Source: Octopus vulgaris
Taxonomy: Eukaryota
NCBI GenBank assembly: GCA_951406725.2
Contig: OX597826.1
Coordinates: forward strand, 59,148,001 to 59,212,000
Length of the DNA stretch: 64,000 nt
Direction: 5' to 3'
The first letter of the stretch is position 1. Each line of letters begins with the position of its first letter. The notes below the pieces were generated by a model. It had not been told where the DNA came from. It worked only from the letters and a program-made list of their open reading frames with translations, and searched no databases. Positions 15,252-29,213 of this stretch are shown piece by piece. The position numbers were made by a program, and so were the translations under genes.

Positions 15252-15810
15252 AACACACAGACGTATTCAGATAACTATATGCTTGCTTGTATATATATCC
15301 ATGCAAACGTTAACATATAGTTTCAAATCTTTACGCGTGTTTGTTTGTTTGTTTGTTTGTTTGTATACTTGAATGTATATATATATATTAATAAAGATGT
15401 ATAAAAATTTATGACGAATTTGCAAACGGATGTTGCTAGGCAATTTATATATCCACCTACGTAATGAACCTTTCGTTACTGCAAACAAAATAACCCCCTT
15501 ACAACAATGAAAAATGAAGAACAATAATAGTAAAAAGGTTGCAGAAATCTTGACATTGATGATAACCTCAAATTCATTGTTTGATGACAAAAGAATAAGT
15601 ACAGTTCGATTCGTGCTTTTAAAAAAATAAAATAAATATATTCTTTCAAATATCACGCACAACGTGAAAGATAATAGTATGTGTGTGTGTGTCTGTGTGT
15701 ATATCTGGCAGCACGTATACAGATATGTATGTATATGTATATATATATACATATATAAATATATTTATATATATATATAAATGTATTCATATATATATTT
15801 ATATATATAT

Positions 15811-15878
<68 letters not shown>

Positions 15879-15954
15879 ATATAGATATATATACATATAC
15901 ATAATTTATATAAATATATATATATATTTATATATATATATTTATATATATGTA

Positions 15955-16047
<93 letters not shown>

Positions 16048-16125
16048 AGTATGTATGTATTATTAGGTGTCAGAATGTGATTGTGAAGAAGTGTGTATGA
16101 TGGCATATATGTCTCTATATGCAGG

Positions 16126-16171
<46 letters not shown>

Positions 16172-16623
16172 ACATCTGTAGGTAAGGTGATCTTTGTTTT
16201 TTGAGCTTACGTATATTTTTCTTTGTATATCTATATATACATACATCCATACGTATGTACATAGATATGTATGTATGTATGTGTGTATGTATAAAACTGA
16301 CTGGCTCTCCGTCGGTTATGAGAGTTCCATTTCATCAGGTCAACGTAAATTTCACCATTGAAAAGGCTGTCAATTTGAATAACACGTACGACTCGTTTTT
16401 GCCAGAAAAGTGTCCTGGAGCAACGTGGAATAAAGCGTCTTGATCAAGGACTCAGCGTGCCAATAGAAATAATCGAACTCATGGCTTTATGATCCTAGCC
16501 ACGAAGCCGCATGCCTTAATACACATACACACACACATGTGTCTGTATATATGCATACATACATACATGCATACATACATACATGCATACATTCATACAT
16601 GTATACATACATACATACATACA

Positions 16624-16654
<31 letters not shown>

Positions 16655-16824
16655 GTATATACAGTAATTCCTCGGTTCCTACGAAACAGCCATATTTAAT
16701 TGTCAGTATAGTTATTGCTTTCAATTATTATAGAGATTTTTTAACTAACTAATTTGCTTGTCATATATACATGCCTATATACAATATATATGTATATACA
16801 TACATTTATACATCTACTTTAGTG

Positions 16825-17236
<412 letters not shown>

Positions 17237-17240
17237 GCTT

Positions 17241-17316
<76 letters not shown>

Positions 17317-19471
17317 AATGTATGCATGTATATATATATGTATATATACATATATATGTATGTATGTATGTTGTGTGTATGTATGATGGTGAGTGCGTAC
17401 GCATGCGCGTGTGTCATTGGAAAATATTACTTCCTTAACGAAAACGCTGTATTTAAAAATCGATCCGTCTTTCTGTCTCGAGATATTAATCTTTTTACGT
17501 TTTCTTTCGTTTTTCTTTTTCTCTTTTTTCTTTTTTTTTCAGAAATTATCCTTTATTAAATATATTCGTCTACCGTTTGTAGTTCTCAGATGATAATGCT
17601 GTGATTATTGTTGTCTTTGAACTTTCTAGCCAGACATCAATCACCTTTGAAGTCAGTCTCAAGAAAACGTAACCCATATTCTTTCAAATACTTTTGTAGT
17701 GGCTTTAAGAAATAATAATTTAGTTTTCCCCAGATCCACTGTGTCTGACGTCTGAGTGCTTTCGCTTCTATAATGGCGTTTCGCTGATAGTTTCTCTGAA
17801 ACTAAATAAATCAGTCATTACATAATTATTTCTGACTTTATTTAGTTAGATGATCAAATATACGAAATGTTTTATGGGATATTTCAAATTAGAGTTTCGG
17901 TTTCTTAATCCCACTTAAAGTCATTTACAATTTATCCTGTCTGTTTTTGGTAAAAGCATGACTATAAACACCGACCCTATATTCTCATCTGCCTATTCTA
18001 GAACATGTATATATCAGGAGCGTATATTCCGGGTGTGCTGTTCCCCCATCGAAAATGGTAAATTCATTATAAATACTAACCTTACTTAATGGAAAAATTT
18101 TATAGAAACTATTGCTTGAAATTTGGTTATATTGGGTGTGGCAGCACACAATATGCCACTGGTAGCTATGTGTATCTACCTCAGGGGTAGGCTTAAATTT
18201 TGTTATGTCTAGCTCAAATCAACCATAGGTGGTGTTCCAGATTCTATTATCTTGTGTTTATTTTGAACATAGTGTCTCTAGGACAGTATTCTTTAATGCC
18301 TTGTTGATTTTTTAAAGATAAAAGGTCGGCATTTTCTGCTATGTTTATTCATGAAGATGGTAGTGTGTGATGATGGTGAATATCAATATACCGATCGGAC
18401 CAGGGAAACTAATGTTTCCATTAGTTTTTAAAATTACTGATACCATCTGTCAATTGCAACTCTAAAATAAGTGTTACCCTTCAATGGTGACGTGGCGGGA
18501 TTTGTAATTCGAATGCACAGACTCGGAACATATATCCGAAGTCATTACGTAATGCTCTAACAATTCTAGTAATATACTAGTCCTCAATCGGTACACTTTT
18601 TATCGTCCTGTAAAGGATAAAAATCAAGGTTGATATCAGCAGGATTTGATGTGGAATTGCAGAGAGTAGGATCTAATAACGTGCGGAATTCTATCCATCA
18701 CTCTAACAAATCTGTCGCTCGAGAGTCCTTGAATTGAGAGATGTTTGCTGTCTCACGGGTTCTTTTGGCTGTAAACTTAATCTTAAAGATTTCAGTTTTG
18801 TGTTAGGGATACAGCATACAGTATGTAATAAGTTAATGATAATGATCAGGGTGCCAATCAAATTACTTTCAAAATCAATATCACTTTTTATATTAGAGTC
18901 GTGATTTTGTTGAAGGGATATTTTTAGGTTTAGGATTAACAGCTGCAGTTAGAATTAGGTAAGGATTAAAGGAAAAAGGAAATCTAAGGAGAAATACCGA
19001 ACTGGAGGTACGCAGACATTTACTTGTCATGCATTACAGCATATTCTGCATTCTTGCCTTCATTATCATCTCTAAAGTCCCGGCCCTAGTTTTCTGCTGG
19101 ATCCAGTGGATACTGCTGCTCTAGATCAGTTGTAAGTTATAACATCAGGGCCAATAGATGGGACCACATTTGAACTGTAGGTAGACAGCAGACTTTATAC
19201 TGTGGGGTTCGGAGTATCATGCATGTTTGCAAAAACGGCAAACTAACGTAGATATTGTGTTCACGATGGTAAGTCCGTGTGTTCAAAACTCGGTCAAGGT
19301 AGCTCTTCGTACTCTTTAGCAAAGCATCTTCCCAAATAAAAATAATTACGACTACAGCTGGCGGCTGCGGTAACAGTTTGTTTCAAGTGGGAGTTTTGTA
19401 CTCTCAATACAACGAAAATCAGGACGAGCCACCGATGTAGTTTTCATGTAGGTTCGAGATAGACGTTAAAC

Positions 19472-19563
<92 letters not shown>

Positions 19564-19604
19564 GTAGGTTTCTTTCTTTCTGTTTTATTCTTTTATATTT
19601 TTAA

Positions 19605-19985
19605 ACTTGTTTCAATCATTAGATTGGGGCCTTGAAGCTCTCGAAAGTTTTAGTCGAGCAAATCGACCCCAGGACTTTTGTTTTAAGCATGATACTTTTA
19701 CTGTCAGCCACATTTTACAGAACCGCTAAGCTACAGGGAAGTAAAAAATAAAAAAAAAACAATAACGGTTGCCAAGCGGTGGCTTGGGGCAAACACAAAC
19801 ACAAAGGTACACATACATATAATATATACGACGGGCTTCTTCCAGTTTCCGTCTACCAAACTCATTAACAAGGCCTCGGTTGACCCGGGACTTTAATAAA
19901 ACATACTTGGCCAAGCTGCCGCGCAGTGGTATTGAACCACGAACCATGGTGTTGGGAAGCAAAATTCATTCTACACAACCACGCC
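19605..19985 (-). mobile_element. Diverged SINE family C
   Basis: GACGGGCTTCTT.CAGTTTCCGTCTACCAAA...GCAGTGGTATTGAACC matches family C. Confidence 0.8.
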
Positions 19986-21158
19986 TGTCTGTATATCTTC
20001 CATTGTTTGTTTGTTTGTCTATCTGTTCATTTCGCTATCTTTCTCTCTCTATGTATATGTATATATATATACATACATATATACATATACTAATATATAC
20101 ACATATATATACACATATATATGTATACATACATACATACATACATGCATACATACATGTATATATTCATCTATCCGTTTACATTTACATACGCTCATCG
20201 TTAACCTATCATTCATACTAAATATACACATCCTCTCTCATACACACACACACGCACACACATACACAGAGTCACACGCACACATGTCTGTATCTGTCTG
20301 CCCAAGGATTTAGATAAATATGAAAGTTCAGAGATATTCTTGTGTGCAAATATAGTCAAAATGATTGTTATAATAACGAATGTTGTGTACTACATACGTT
20401 CACTTGCACGAACGATGCAGTTCTATATATGTGCACTTATACGTTAGCGGCCACGTATTGTTTGTGTAGGCGTGGATTTCTGAATAAACAGTCTGAACAT
20501 AACATTTGTGTAAAATTATATTCTGTTATGATTTCTTTACAATTTTATAAAACCATTTCTTATTACATTTCCGTCAACTTCGTCTTTTTAACTTTTAACA
20601 TTTATATGTCTTAAATAAAATCTGTTCGTATGGCTAGAATTTCAAAATTAGAAATGTGTTTCAAATTTTTACTTCAAGAAGCCAGTTGTGGATGCTGTCA
20701 TTCGATATACGATTGATGTGACTGAATGCCAATATATTTTGAACAAGTTTGTGTTTCTTTATGTATAAAGCCATATGTATTCATTAAATGGATTTAGTCA
20801 TTGAACAGCGGATATGATGTCGCGGACAATTAATTTGATTGATCATAGCGGTCTCAGCAATTATTTTAGGCAACGTTATATTTTATTGCTCTATATATAG
20901 TAGTATGTCAGTTGAGTAGAGTACTATGTGGCACAAGATCACATTTGTTTTAACTCGTGTTTTGTGTGATACACATATAGAAGCAAGAACAAACACGGGT
21001 AGGAGCAGACACGGTCATCAAACAAGCAAACAAACACACAGACATGCACAGTCTCATGCACAAATGTTCATACACACGTATGTATGTGCATATATATATG
21101 TATGTATATATATATATCGCTATATATATGTATATATACGTGTATATATGTGAATATA

Positions 21159-21198
<40 letters not shown>

Positions 21199-21201
21199 CA
21201 T

Positions 21202-21234
<33 letters not shown>

Positions 21235-21235
<1 letters not shown>

Positions 21236-21534
21236 CACCGTGACCGATCAGGCTATCAGATGTTGCAACACATCGCTGGTCACAATGCGCTTCGCATTGT
21301 TTTAGCCTTCAAATGACGCCACCCCGCTGGCTAAGCGAGCAGGCCAACAGAAGAAAGAGAGAAAGTTGTGGCGGAAGAGTACAGTAGGGTTCGCCCCCCC
21401 ACCCCGCTGCTGGAGCCTCGTGGAGCTTTAGGTGTTTTCGCTCAATAAACACTCACAACGCCCGGTCTGGGAATCGAAACCGCGATCCTACGACCGCGAG
21501 TCCGCTGCCCTAACCACTGGGCCATTGCGCCTCC
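21235..21534 (-). mobile_element. SINE family A, tail type 1; an orphan + strand tail fragment follows at ~21558-21640
   Basis: Near-identical to 2171-2473. Confidence 0.92.
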
Positions 21535-21696
21535 ACATATATATATATATATATATGAGGGTTAAAACAATATGAAGCGCATTGTGACCAGTGATGTGTA
21601 GCAACATCTGATGGCCTGTCGGTCATGTGATCACGTGATATGAATGCTGTAAATAACTGTAATAAAATTATAGATGTGGGAAATCTCCGTTTTGAT

Positions 21697-21730
<34 letters not shown>

Positions 21731-21732
<2 letters not shown>

Positions 21733-22234
21733 CAATAATAATTCTCTAAATGAGATATAGACAGTGACTGCTCCGTAATATAAGGGGTATTAGCCAACCG
21801 AATATGGCTAGGGACAGGGCAGGGTGGTGGGGGTGTCACTGTTGCATTTAGCCCCAGGCGAACATCAACGTCACCAGATAGGCCTGACGCCATCACGACG
21901 TCCTTTATCTTGCAAAGGGAGATCACTCACCAAGAAGCCGATACCACACACGGACCTAGGTTTCAAGGTGTGTTGCCTATTATCAACGTGTGGTAGGCAT
22001 CGCTTCTCGATGAACGACCAACTTTGCAAGATACATATAAGGATTTTCTAGTAAATACATTTACTGATTTCGAAAATCCGTTCGACAGCAATAATAATTC
22101 TCTAAATGAGTTATAGACAGTGACTGCTCCGGTCAGGCCTATCTGGTGACGTTGATGTTCGCCTGGGGCTAAATGCAACAGTGACACCCCCACCACCCTG
22201 CCCTGTCCCTAGCCTTATTCGGTTGGCTAATACC

Positions 22235-22240
<6 letters not shown>
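21731..22240 (-). mobile_element. Retrozyme-like non-autonomous element in (TA)n: 356-nt monomer, 45-nt tandem partial repeat and 109-nt inverted segment
   Basis: 21731-21775 is repeated at 22087-22131 (1 mismatch); 22132-22240 is the reverse complement of 21780-21888 (1 mismatch); (TA)n on both flanks; contains an HHR; second family member at 37071-37381. Confidence 0.85.
21947..21992 (-). ncRNA. Type I hammerhead ribozyme with U3:A8 core
   Basis: Minus strand: CACACG-TTGATAA-TAGGCAACACACCTT-GAAA-CCTAGG-TC-CGTGTG. 6-bp stem I, AGG/CCT stem II, palindromic stem III, GUC triplet (predicted cut between 21953 and 21952). Confidence 0.8.
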
Positions 22241-22302
<62 letters not shown>

Positions 22303-22656
22303 TCCCCCGTCGTCCATGATGCCAGGCTTATTGGCCACTATAGTAGTAGTAGCAGAGGCAACAGATCTAGTTCCATCGCTGGCTACAAAGCAACAGCAGC
22401 AGAACCAGCAAAGGCGATAGCACTACCATCGCCACCAGCATATCCTCCGCCATTACCAATACCATCAGCAGCACGAGGTGCTCCGATTCCATCAACAACA
22501 ACACCAGAACCGGCGGTAGCGCCAGCGGCAGCGACGACAGCAACAACAGCGGCAGCGACGACAGCAACAACAGCGGCAGCATCAGCAAATACCCCAGAAA
22601 TAACTTAACTCTGAAAGGCAAGAAACTCTATCCTTTCGGTTAGACATATTACTCAT

Positions 22657-23065
22657 TTACTCTTTTACTCTTTTACTTGTTTCAGTCATTTGACTTCGGC
22701 CATGCTGGAGCACCGCCTTTAATCGAGCAACTCGACCCCGAGACTTATTCCTTTGTAAGCCCAGTACTTATTCTATCGGTGTCTTTTGCCGAACCGCTAA
22801 GTAACGGGGACATAAACACACCAGCATCGGTTGTCAAGCAATGCTAGGGGGACAAACACAGACACACAAAAACACACACGCATATATATATATACATATA
22901 TACGACGGGCTTCTTTCAGTTTCCGTCTACCAAATTCACTCACAAGGCTTTGGTTGGCCCGAGGCTATAGTAGAAGACACTTGCCCAAGGTGCCACGCAG
23001 TGGGACTGAACCCAGAACCATGTGGTTGGTAAACAAGCTACTTACCACACAGCCACTCCTGCGCC
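22657..23065 (-). mobile_element. SINE family C, full length
   Basis: Reverse complement closely matches 12911-13349. Confidence 0.92.
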
Positions 23066-23867
23066 TAGTGACTTTAACTTGCCACCGAAAAAGTACGAGT
23101 TGCTTTTTACCGTTGTAGCATTTTTTTAAACAGGCAATACCTTAATCTTTTTAAAAATTATTTCAAGTGAATACCATTCCAGAAATTTGGGTGTGGGATG
23201 ATATTTCAAAAATATTTTAAAGTGAAAATCACTTAAAAAATACGGTCATTATTTCGTAAAAGACCCGTTCGTAACCTCGGTGGGAAATAACTTTTCCATA
23301 GGTTGGCTGTTTGCACATGATTAAGATGTCACATTCGCTGAAAGCATGCGAAATAACCAGGAAAAGAAAAGAAACCCACGAAACAAAACTTAGTTGTTGG
23401 GAAATTCAGAGTTTTCCGGTAAACTCCGAGGTCTTCACACCCCTTCCCCGCTTTCTGTTGCGGAACAAAATGGTTTGCGGGGAGTTTGGAGGTGAGATAC
23501 GTTGAAGACATTCAAAAACAACATGCGGAAAAAAAACTCGAAACCCATTCGAAAAAATCCTGTACGAACGGGCCTATTACGAAATATTTACCTAAGATCA
23601 AGACAGAGGGAAAGCAGGAGACATCATGGATCGGATGCTCATGGGGAAACAAATGGAATAAAAAAAATTTTGCGTAAATCAGACCACGATTTACCGAGAT
23701 ACCCGTTTCTTTCGGGTACCTTTATGAATACCCAAACCGGCGTATAATCGGGAAAATGATTTGAAATGTGAATACACACAGAAGTTTCGCGTATATCGGA
23801 TGACGGATTCCTGAGATACAAGGTTTTATGGGTACCTTGTACTATTGATCTAGTATATATATATTAG

Positions 23868-24477
23868 TTGCACGAGTGACTGTGTAGTAAGAAGCTTGCT
23901 GTGTAGTAAGAGGCTTGGTCCCCAACCACATGATTCTGGTTCAGTCCCACGGTGTGACATCTTGGTCAGGTGTCTTCTACCAGAGATGTAAGCCAAACAA
24001 ACCATTGTGAATAGATTTGGTAGACGGAAACCTTAAATAAGCCCGTCGTATATATATATATGTGTGTGAGTGTGTGTGTGTGTGTATGTGTGTGTGTGTG
24101 TAAAAAATCTCAAATTTTATTTAATTTGATTTTCGCGGGAAGGAATCTTTCAGATTAAGTCGCGTCTCGCCTTCATCTTCGAAACTCGGAGTAGGTGGAA
24201 CCATGGCGACTGAAGAAGGGGAATTTTCCTTGTGTTATTTGTCCTGTACTCTATTTTTCCGTTGTTTAAAAAAAATGTCCAGTTCCTTGGTTTTGTGTTT
24301 ATGTTTTCGTTTCTCATTGTTTTCGACGTTTTTTTTGTGTCCTGTACTCATATATGCATGTATATATACATGTAGATGTAGGTACGTACATATATGTATG
24401 TATATATGCATATGTTTTATTTATTAATTTGTTATTACACGACAGAACGCACGCATCCATTTCTAAGTAAGTTTGTT

Positions 24478-24531
<54 letters not shown>

Positions 24532-24728
24532 GTTTAAATATTTGTTGTGCAAGATTTTTTATGTGAAGTCGTGTGTTGAAACAGATATTGTTGTATGTAG
24601 GAATGGTCATTTTGCCAGGTTAGCCAATAAAAACACACGCACTATATATTAATGTAAAAAATAAATAACACTGAAGCAAAGTAACACCAAATATATTGGC
24701 TAAACTGGCAAAATGACCATTCCTAAAT

Positions 24729-24798
<70 letters not shown>

Positions 24799-25015
24799 GT
24801 GCGTGTGTGTGTTTATGTACATATTTCTGTTTCTGTGTTTGTCCCCACCATCGCTTTACAACCTATATTAGCGTGTTTACGTCCTCGTAACCTAGTGATT
24901 CGGCAAAAGAGACCAATTGAATAAGTACAAGAGTTACAAAGAATAAGCTCTGGGGTCAATTTGTTTGACTAAATGTGGTATTGCAACATCGTCGCAATCA
25001 AATGACTGAAGCAAT
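23868..25015 (+). mobile_element. Diverged SINE family C split at its internal microsatellite (head ~23868-24050, tail ~24820-25015) by later insertions
   Basis: Head ends ...GGTAGACGGAAAC...GCCCGTCG(TA)n; tail resumes TGTGTTTGTCCCC...CGGCAAAAGAGACCAAT.GAATAAGTAC...AAATGACTGAA. Confidence 0.75.
24585..24738. repeat. TA-flanked inverted repeat (~45-bp arms, ~65-bp spacer)
   Basis: ATATTGTTGTATGTAGGAATGGTCATTTTGCCAGGTTAGCCAATA versus TATTGGCTAAACTGGCAAAATGACCATTCCTAAATACAACAATAT (2 mismatches). Confidence 0.88.
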
Positions 25016-25368
25016 TTTTAAAGTGCCCGTATATATATAATACATACATATTTGTATATACATGCACACGCACACACATGCATATATATATCTATGCTAC
25101 AGATATATATGTATATATACATGTACAATGTATACATATGGGAAATACATTTATATGAATGTATGTAAATATACATATATACACATACATGCACACACAT
25201 ATATGTATATGTATGTGTATATGTATGTGCGTGCGTTAGTAATGGTCTGTGTGTGTGTGTGTGTGTATGTGTGAAGGTGTGTTTTGATGAAGCAGATACC
25301 CGCCTGGTCCGTCACAGCAACTTCCAAAGCTAATGATTGCAAAATGTTTTGCATTTTCGATTTCGCGA

Positions 25369-25416
<48 letters not shown>

Positions 25417-25530
25417 ATGTTGGTTTTCTTGCCTTATCCGAAACATTGCTTTCTGTTGTAATATCTTCGTTATGAACTCTTCGATTGCAATGCCCTCAAA
25501 GACAAATGTAATGATCTAGGTAGGTACATA

Positions 25531-25572
<42 letters not shown>

Positions 25573-25594
25573 AGAGAGAGAGAGAGAGATTATG

Positions 25595-25627
<33 letters not shown>

Positions 25628-25640
25628 ATATGTGTGTTGA

Positions 25641-25724
<84 letters not shown>

Positions 25725-25955
25725 TATATATATATAAATAAATATGTATGCCAACTGGAGACATGCTTATATATGACATACACGGCCCACACGCTAGAAC
25801 TTAAACGTACGCAAACTTCTATGCACTCACGCGCTCGGACTCATACACGTATATACGCGTGTACACAAACCAATCAATTTTTCATTTCATTTTTCACATA
25901 ACAGCATTATTTCCACCGGAAACATCTTCCGTCATTAACAAAGATGCATATTTAG

Positions 25956-26046
<91 letters not shown>

Positions 26047-26066
26047 TACATATATATATATATGTA

Positions 26067-26134
<68 letters not shown>

Positions 26135-26677
26135 TTATACATATATATAACGGCGGTGCATCAGCATGGCCGCAGCTCTGAGCTGAAACGAGAAAAAAAG
26201 ATACATTATATATATATATATAAATATATATGCATATATGTGTATATATGTGCATATATATACTTGCATGTTTGTTTCTGTATATATACTTGTATACACA
26301 CTGTCATACGTAGCATCACTCTTGGGACCACTTACATATGTACACACTTGCCTTTGGAAATAATTTGAACCATTCACCAAATATTTGTAATTTGGTCGTA
26401 ATTTGTAGAAAAACAACATTAGTCTCAAGGCATATTTTTAACGCCATTTCAATATTACTCGTCCTCCTTATGCAATTTTTCTAATGCTGATGTCTTTCAA
26501 AAAATTACTTTATACACTGCGCATGTCCTTCCAACTCTTTCATTTTATCTCCTTCTTTTTCTCTATCTTCTTTTTCTCTATCTAGATCTTTTGATATATG
26601 TTCTTATATTTGCAGGCTCAGTATATTTTCAGGCGAACATATTCGTAATTTCATACATAAATACATTCATAAATTTG

Positions 26678-26720
<43 letters not shown>

Positions 26721-27161
26721 TTAGAAACACACATACACACATACATACGCACACGCACACACACACACAGACGCACACGAACACACGCACATACATACAT
26801 ATACACGTACACCTACACATACATCCCAACAAATAAGTAATTGAGTTTTCAATTCATTTCTTCAGAAGACTCTGTACATCGTTATATATCAATATATGTA
26901 TGGAGATATGTGTATGTATCTATGTATTTATTCACACACACACGCTTACATGCATACATATATACATACATACATACATACATACATACATACATACATA
27001 CATACATACATTCATACACACACTTCTCTACACATATATATATATCGTACATATGAGTACATGTATATATATATGTATTCGTATATACCCATGTACACAA
27101 ACTCATACACACACATACACACACTCACATACACTCTCCCACACACATATATGTAAATATG

Positions 27162-27192
<31 letters not shown>

Positions 27193-27327
27193 ATGCACGT
27201 GAGTATATGTGTATATGTGCATATATATATATATACATATATATGTGTGTTTGTGTTTTCATATATACTTATATAAATATATATATATACTCATGTTTAT
27301 GCATATATATATGTGCATAAATACATA

Positions 27328-27370
<43 letters not shown>

Positions 27371-27409
27371 TTATATTTGTATATAGATATATATATATGT
27401 ATACATACG

Positions 27410-27446
<37 letters not shown>

Positions 27447-27461
27447 ATGTATGTATATATG

Positions 27462-27525
<64 letters not shown>

Positions 27526-27824
27526 CAATCGAAGTGTACAGTATGTATGTTTGTATGTATGTAGGTATGTAACTATGTAAGTTTATATACATTCAGAGGC
27601 ATTGAACTCTTTCTGTACCTTGTGTCAGCTATTCTTTCACATATATTTTATTCACTCTAATCGGGTTTGAATTGAGTCCATTTTTCAGTGTTAGTCCTCT
27701 CGGATTGAATCAGTGAATAGCTCATTACACCTATGCGTTTTCATATATCTGCATATGTACGTACATATATGCGTACAAGTACGTAAGTATGTATGCATGT
27801 ATGCACACACGTATAAACGCATGC

Positions 27825-27918
<94 letters not shown>

Positions 27919-28464
27919 GTATGTATATAAGCACATACACACTCATATTAGGTATTACATATTCATGTATCATGTGTATATATATCTATATACAAATCTA
28001 CGTTCTTAACTACATGTAAGGTGCGTTACGTAAAGAGAGGGAACTACGATGCCGAAAGACCGTGAAATATATAGAGAGAAAAATGAGAGAAGAAAATAGA
28101 CATAGTGCAGGAGAAGGAGTGGCAAAAATGAGGGGTCTAGAGGCTAATGGGGCGAGAATGACAGGGAGGTAGATAGAGAGAAAGAGATAGATGGATAACG
28201 AGAGAGAGATGGCAAGTGAGAGACAGAGAGAGTAGTTGTAAAGTATGGTGAAAGGTATATAAGATTGAAACATGCAGAAGGAGTGGAAGAAAGAAAAATA
28301 TAAAGATTTAGCAAAGTTTGTGAATTCATGTATAGTTTTCTTACTATCTCTTCCTCTCACCTTCTCTCGTCCCGCCCCCCTCTCTCTCTCGTGCCCTCTC
28401 TTTTTAAATTTCTCGCCCTCTCTCACTCCCTCTGTGTTTGTTTCAAATATTTTGAATTGCATCA

Positions 28465-28590
28465 ATATCTATAAAGCTGAAATACGAAAAAGTTGTTTGT
28501 TTTCTTGTTTGCTTGTCTCATTTTGGGATGGGAACGGTTTAAGGGGCGGTAGATGGGGTCGGATTGGCGCCAAAATTTACAGGGACATGT
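28465..28590 (+). repeat. Dispersed repeat fragment (second copy ~29323-29430), possibly a Helitron 5' end
   Basis: ATATCTATAAAGCTGAAAT.CGAAA...GATGGGAACGGT...ATGGGGTC.GATTGGCGCCAAAAT in both copies; the TCTATA start resembles the element at 58552. Confidence 0.5.
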
Positions 28591-28982
28591 AAAAAGAGGT
28601 GAGGAAGCGACTGGACTTGGTTAGAAACCCCTATTACAAAAGCTGCGGTTACTAGGGCAACAAAACCCAGATTTTGACAAGTGTTTGTCATTTCTGTCTT
28701 TCGGATATCCCTCTGTCTTCCTCGATCTCTCTCTTTCCTTCCTTCCCTCCATTTTCTCTCTATAACGACGTTTGACAGCTTCCACTCTCATTCACTCTCC
28801 GCCTTCGCCGTCTCTCTGTCACTCTTTCTCCCACCACCTCTCTCACTGTACGTCTGCCTGTATCTATAGAGAGAAAGCGTTGACAGCCGCAAAAGTTTAA
28901 ATATTCCCGTTACAGGTCTTTTAGAACGGAGAATTATTAACGCCCACTACCACCGCACGATCATAACAGATATTATTTATCA

Positions 28983-29213
28983 GGCGGCGAGCTGGCAGAA
29001 ACGTTAGCACGTGGGCGAAATGCTTAGCGGTATTTCGTCTGCCGCTACGTTCTGAGTTCAAATTCCGCCGAGGTCGACTTTGCCTTTCATCCTTTCGGGG
29101 TCGACTAAATAAGTACCAGTTACACACTGGGGTCGATATAATCGACTTAATCCGTTTGTCTGTCCTTGTTTGCCCCCTCTGTGTTTAGCCGCTTGTGGGT
29201 AGTAAAGAAATAG
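28983..29213 (+). mobile_element. SINE family B, full length
   Basis: TSD TATTATTTATCA at 28971-28982 and 29215-29226. Confidence 0.93.

Noticed and set aside
23110-23853. Possible DNA transposon or Helitron (ends CTAG|T, internal GAGATAC...GGGTACCTT direct repeats)
   Set aside because: No clear 5' terminus, TIRs, strong subterminal hairpin or second copy in the window.
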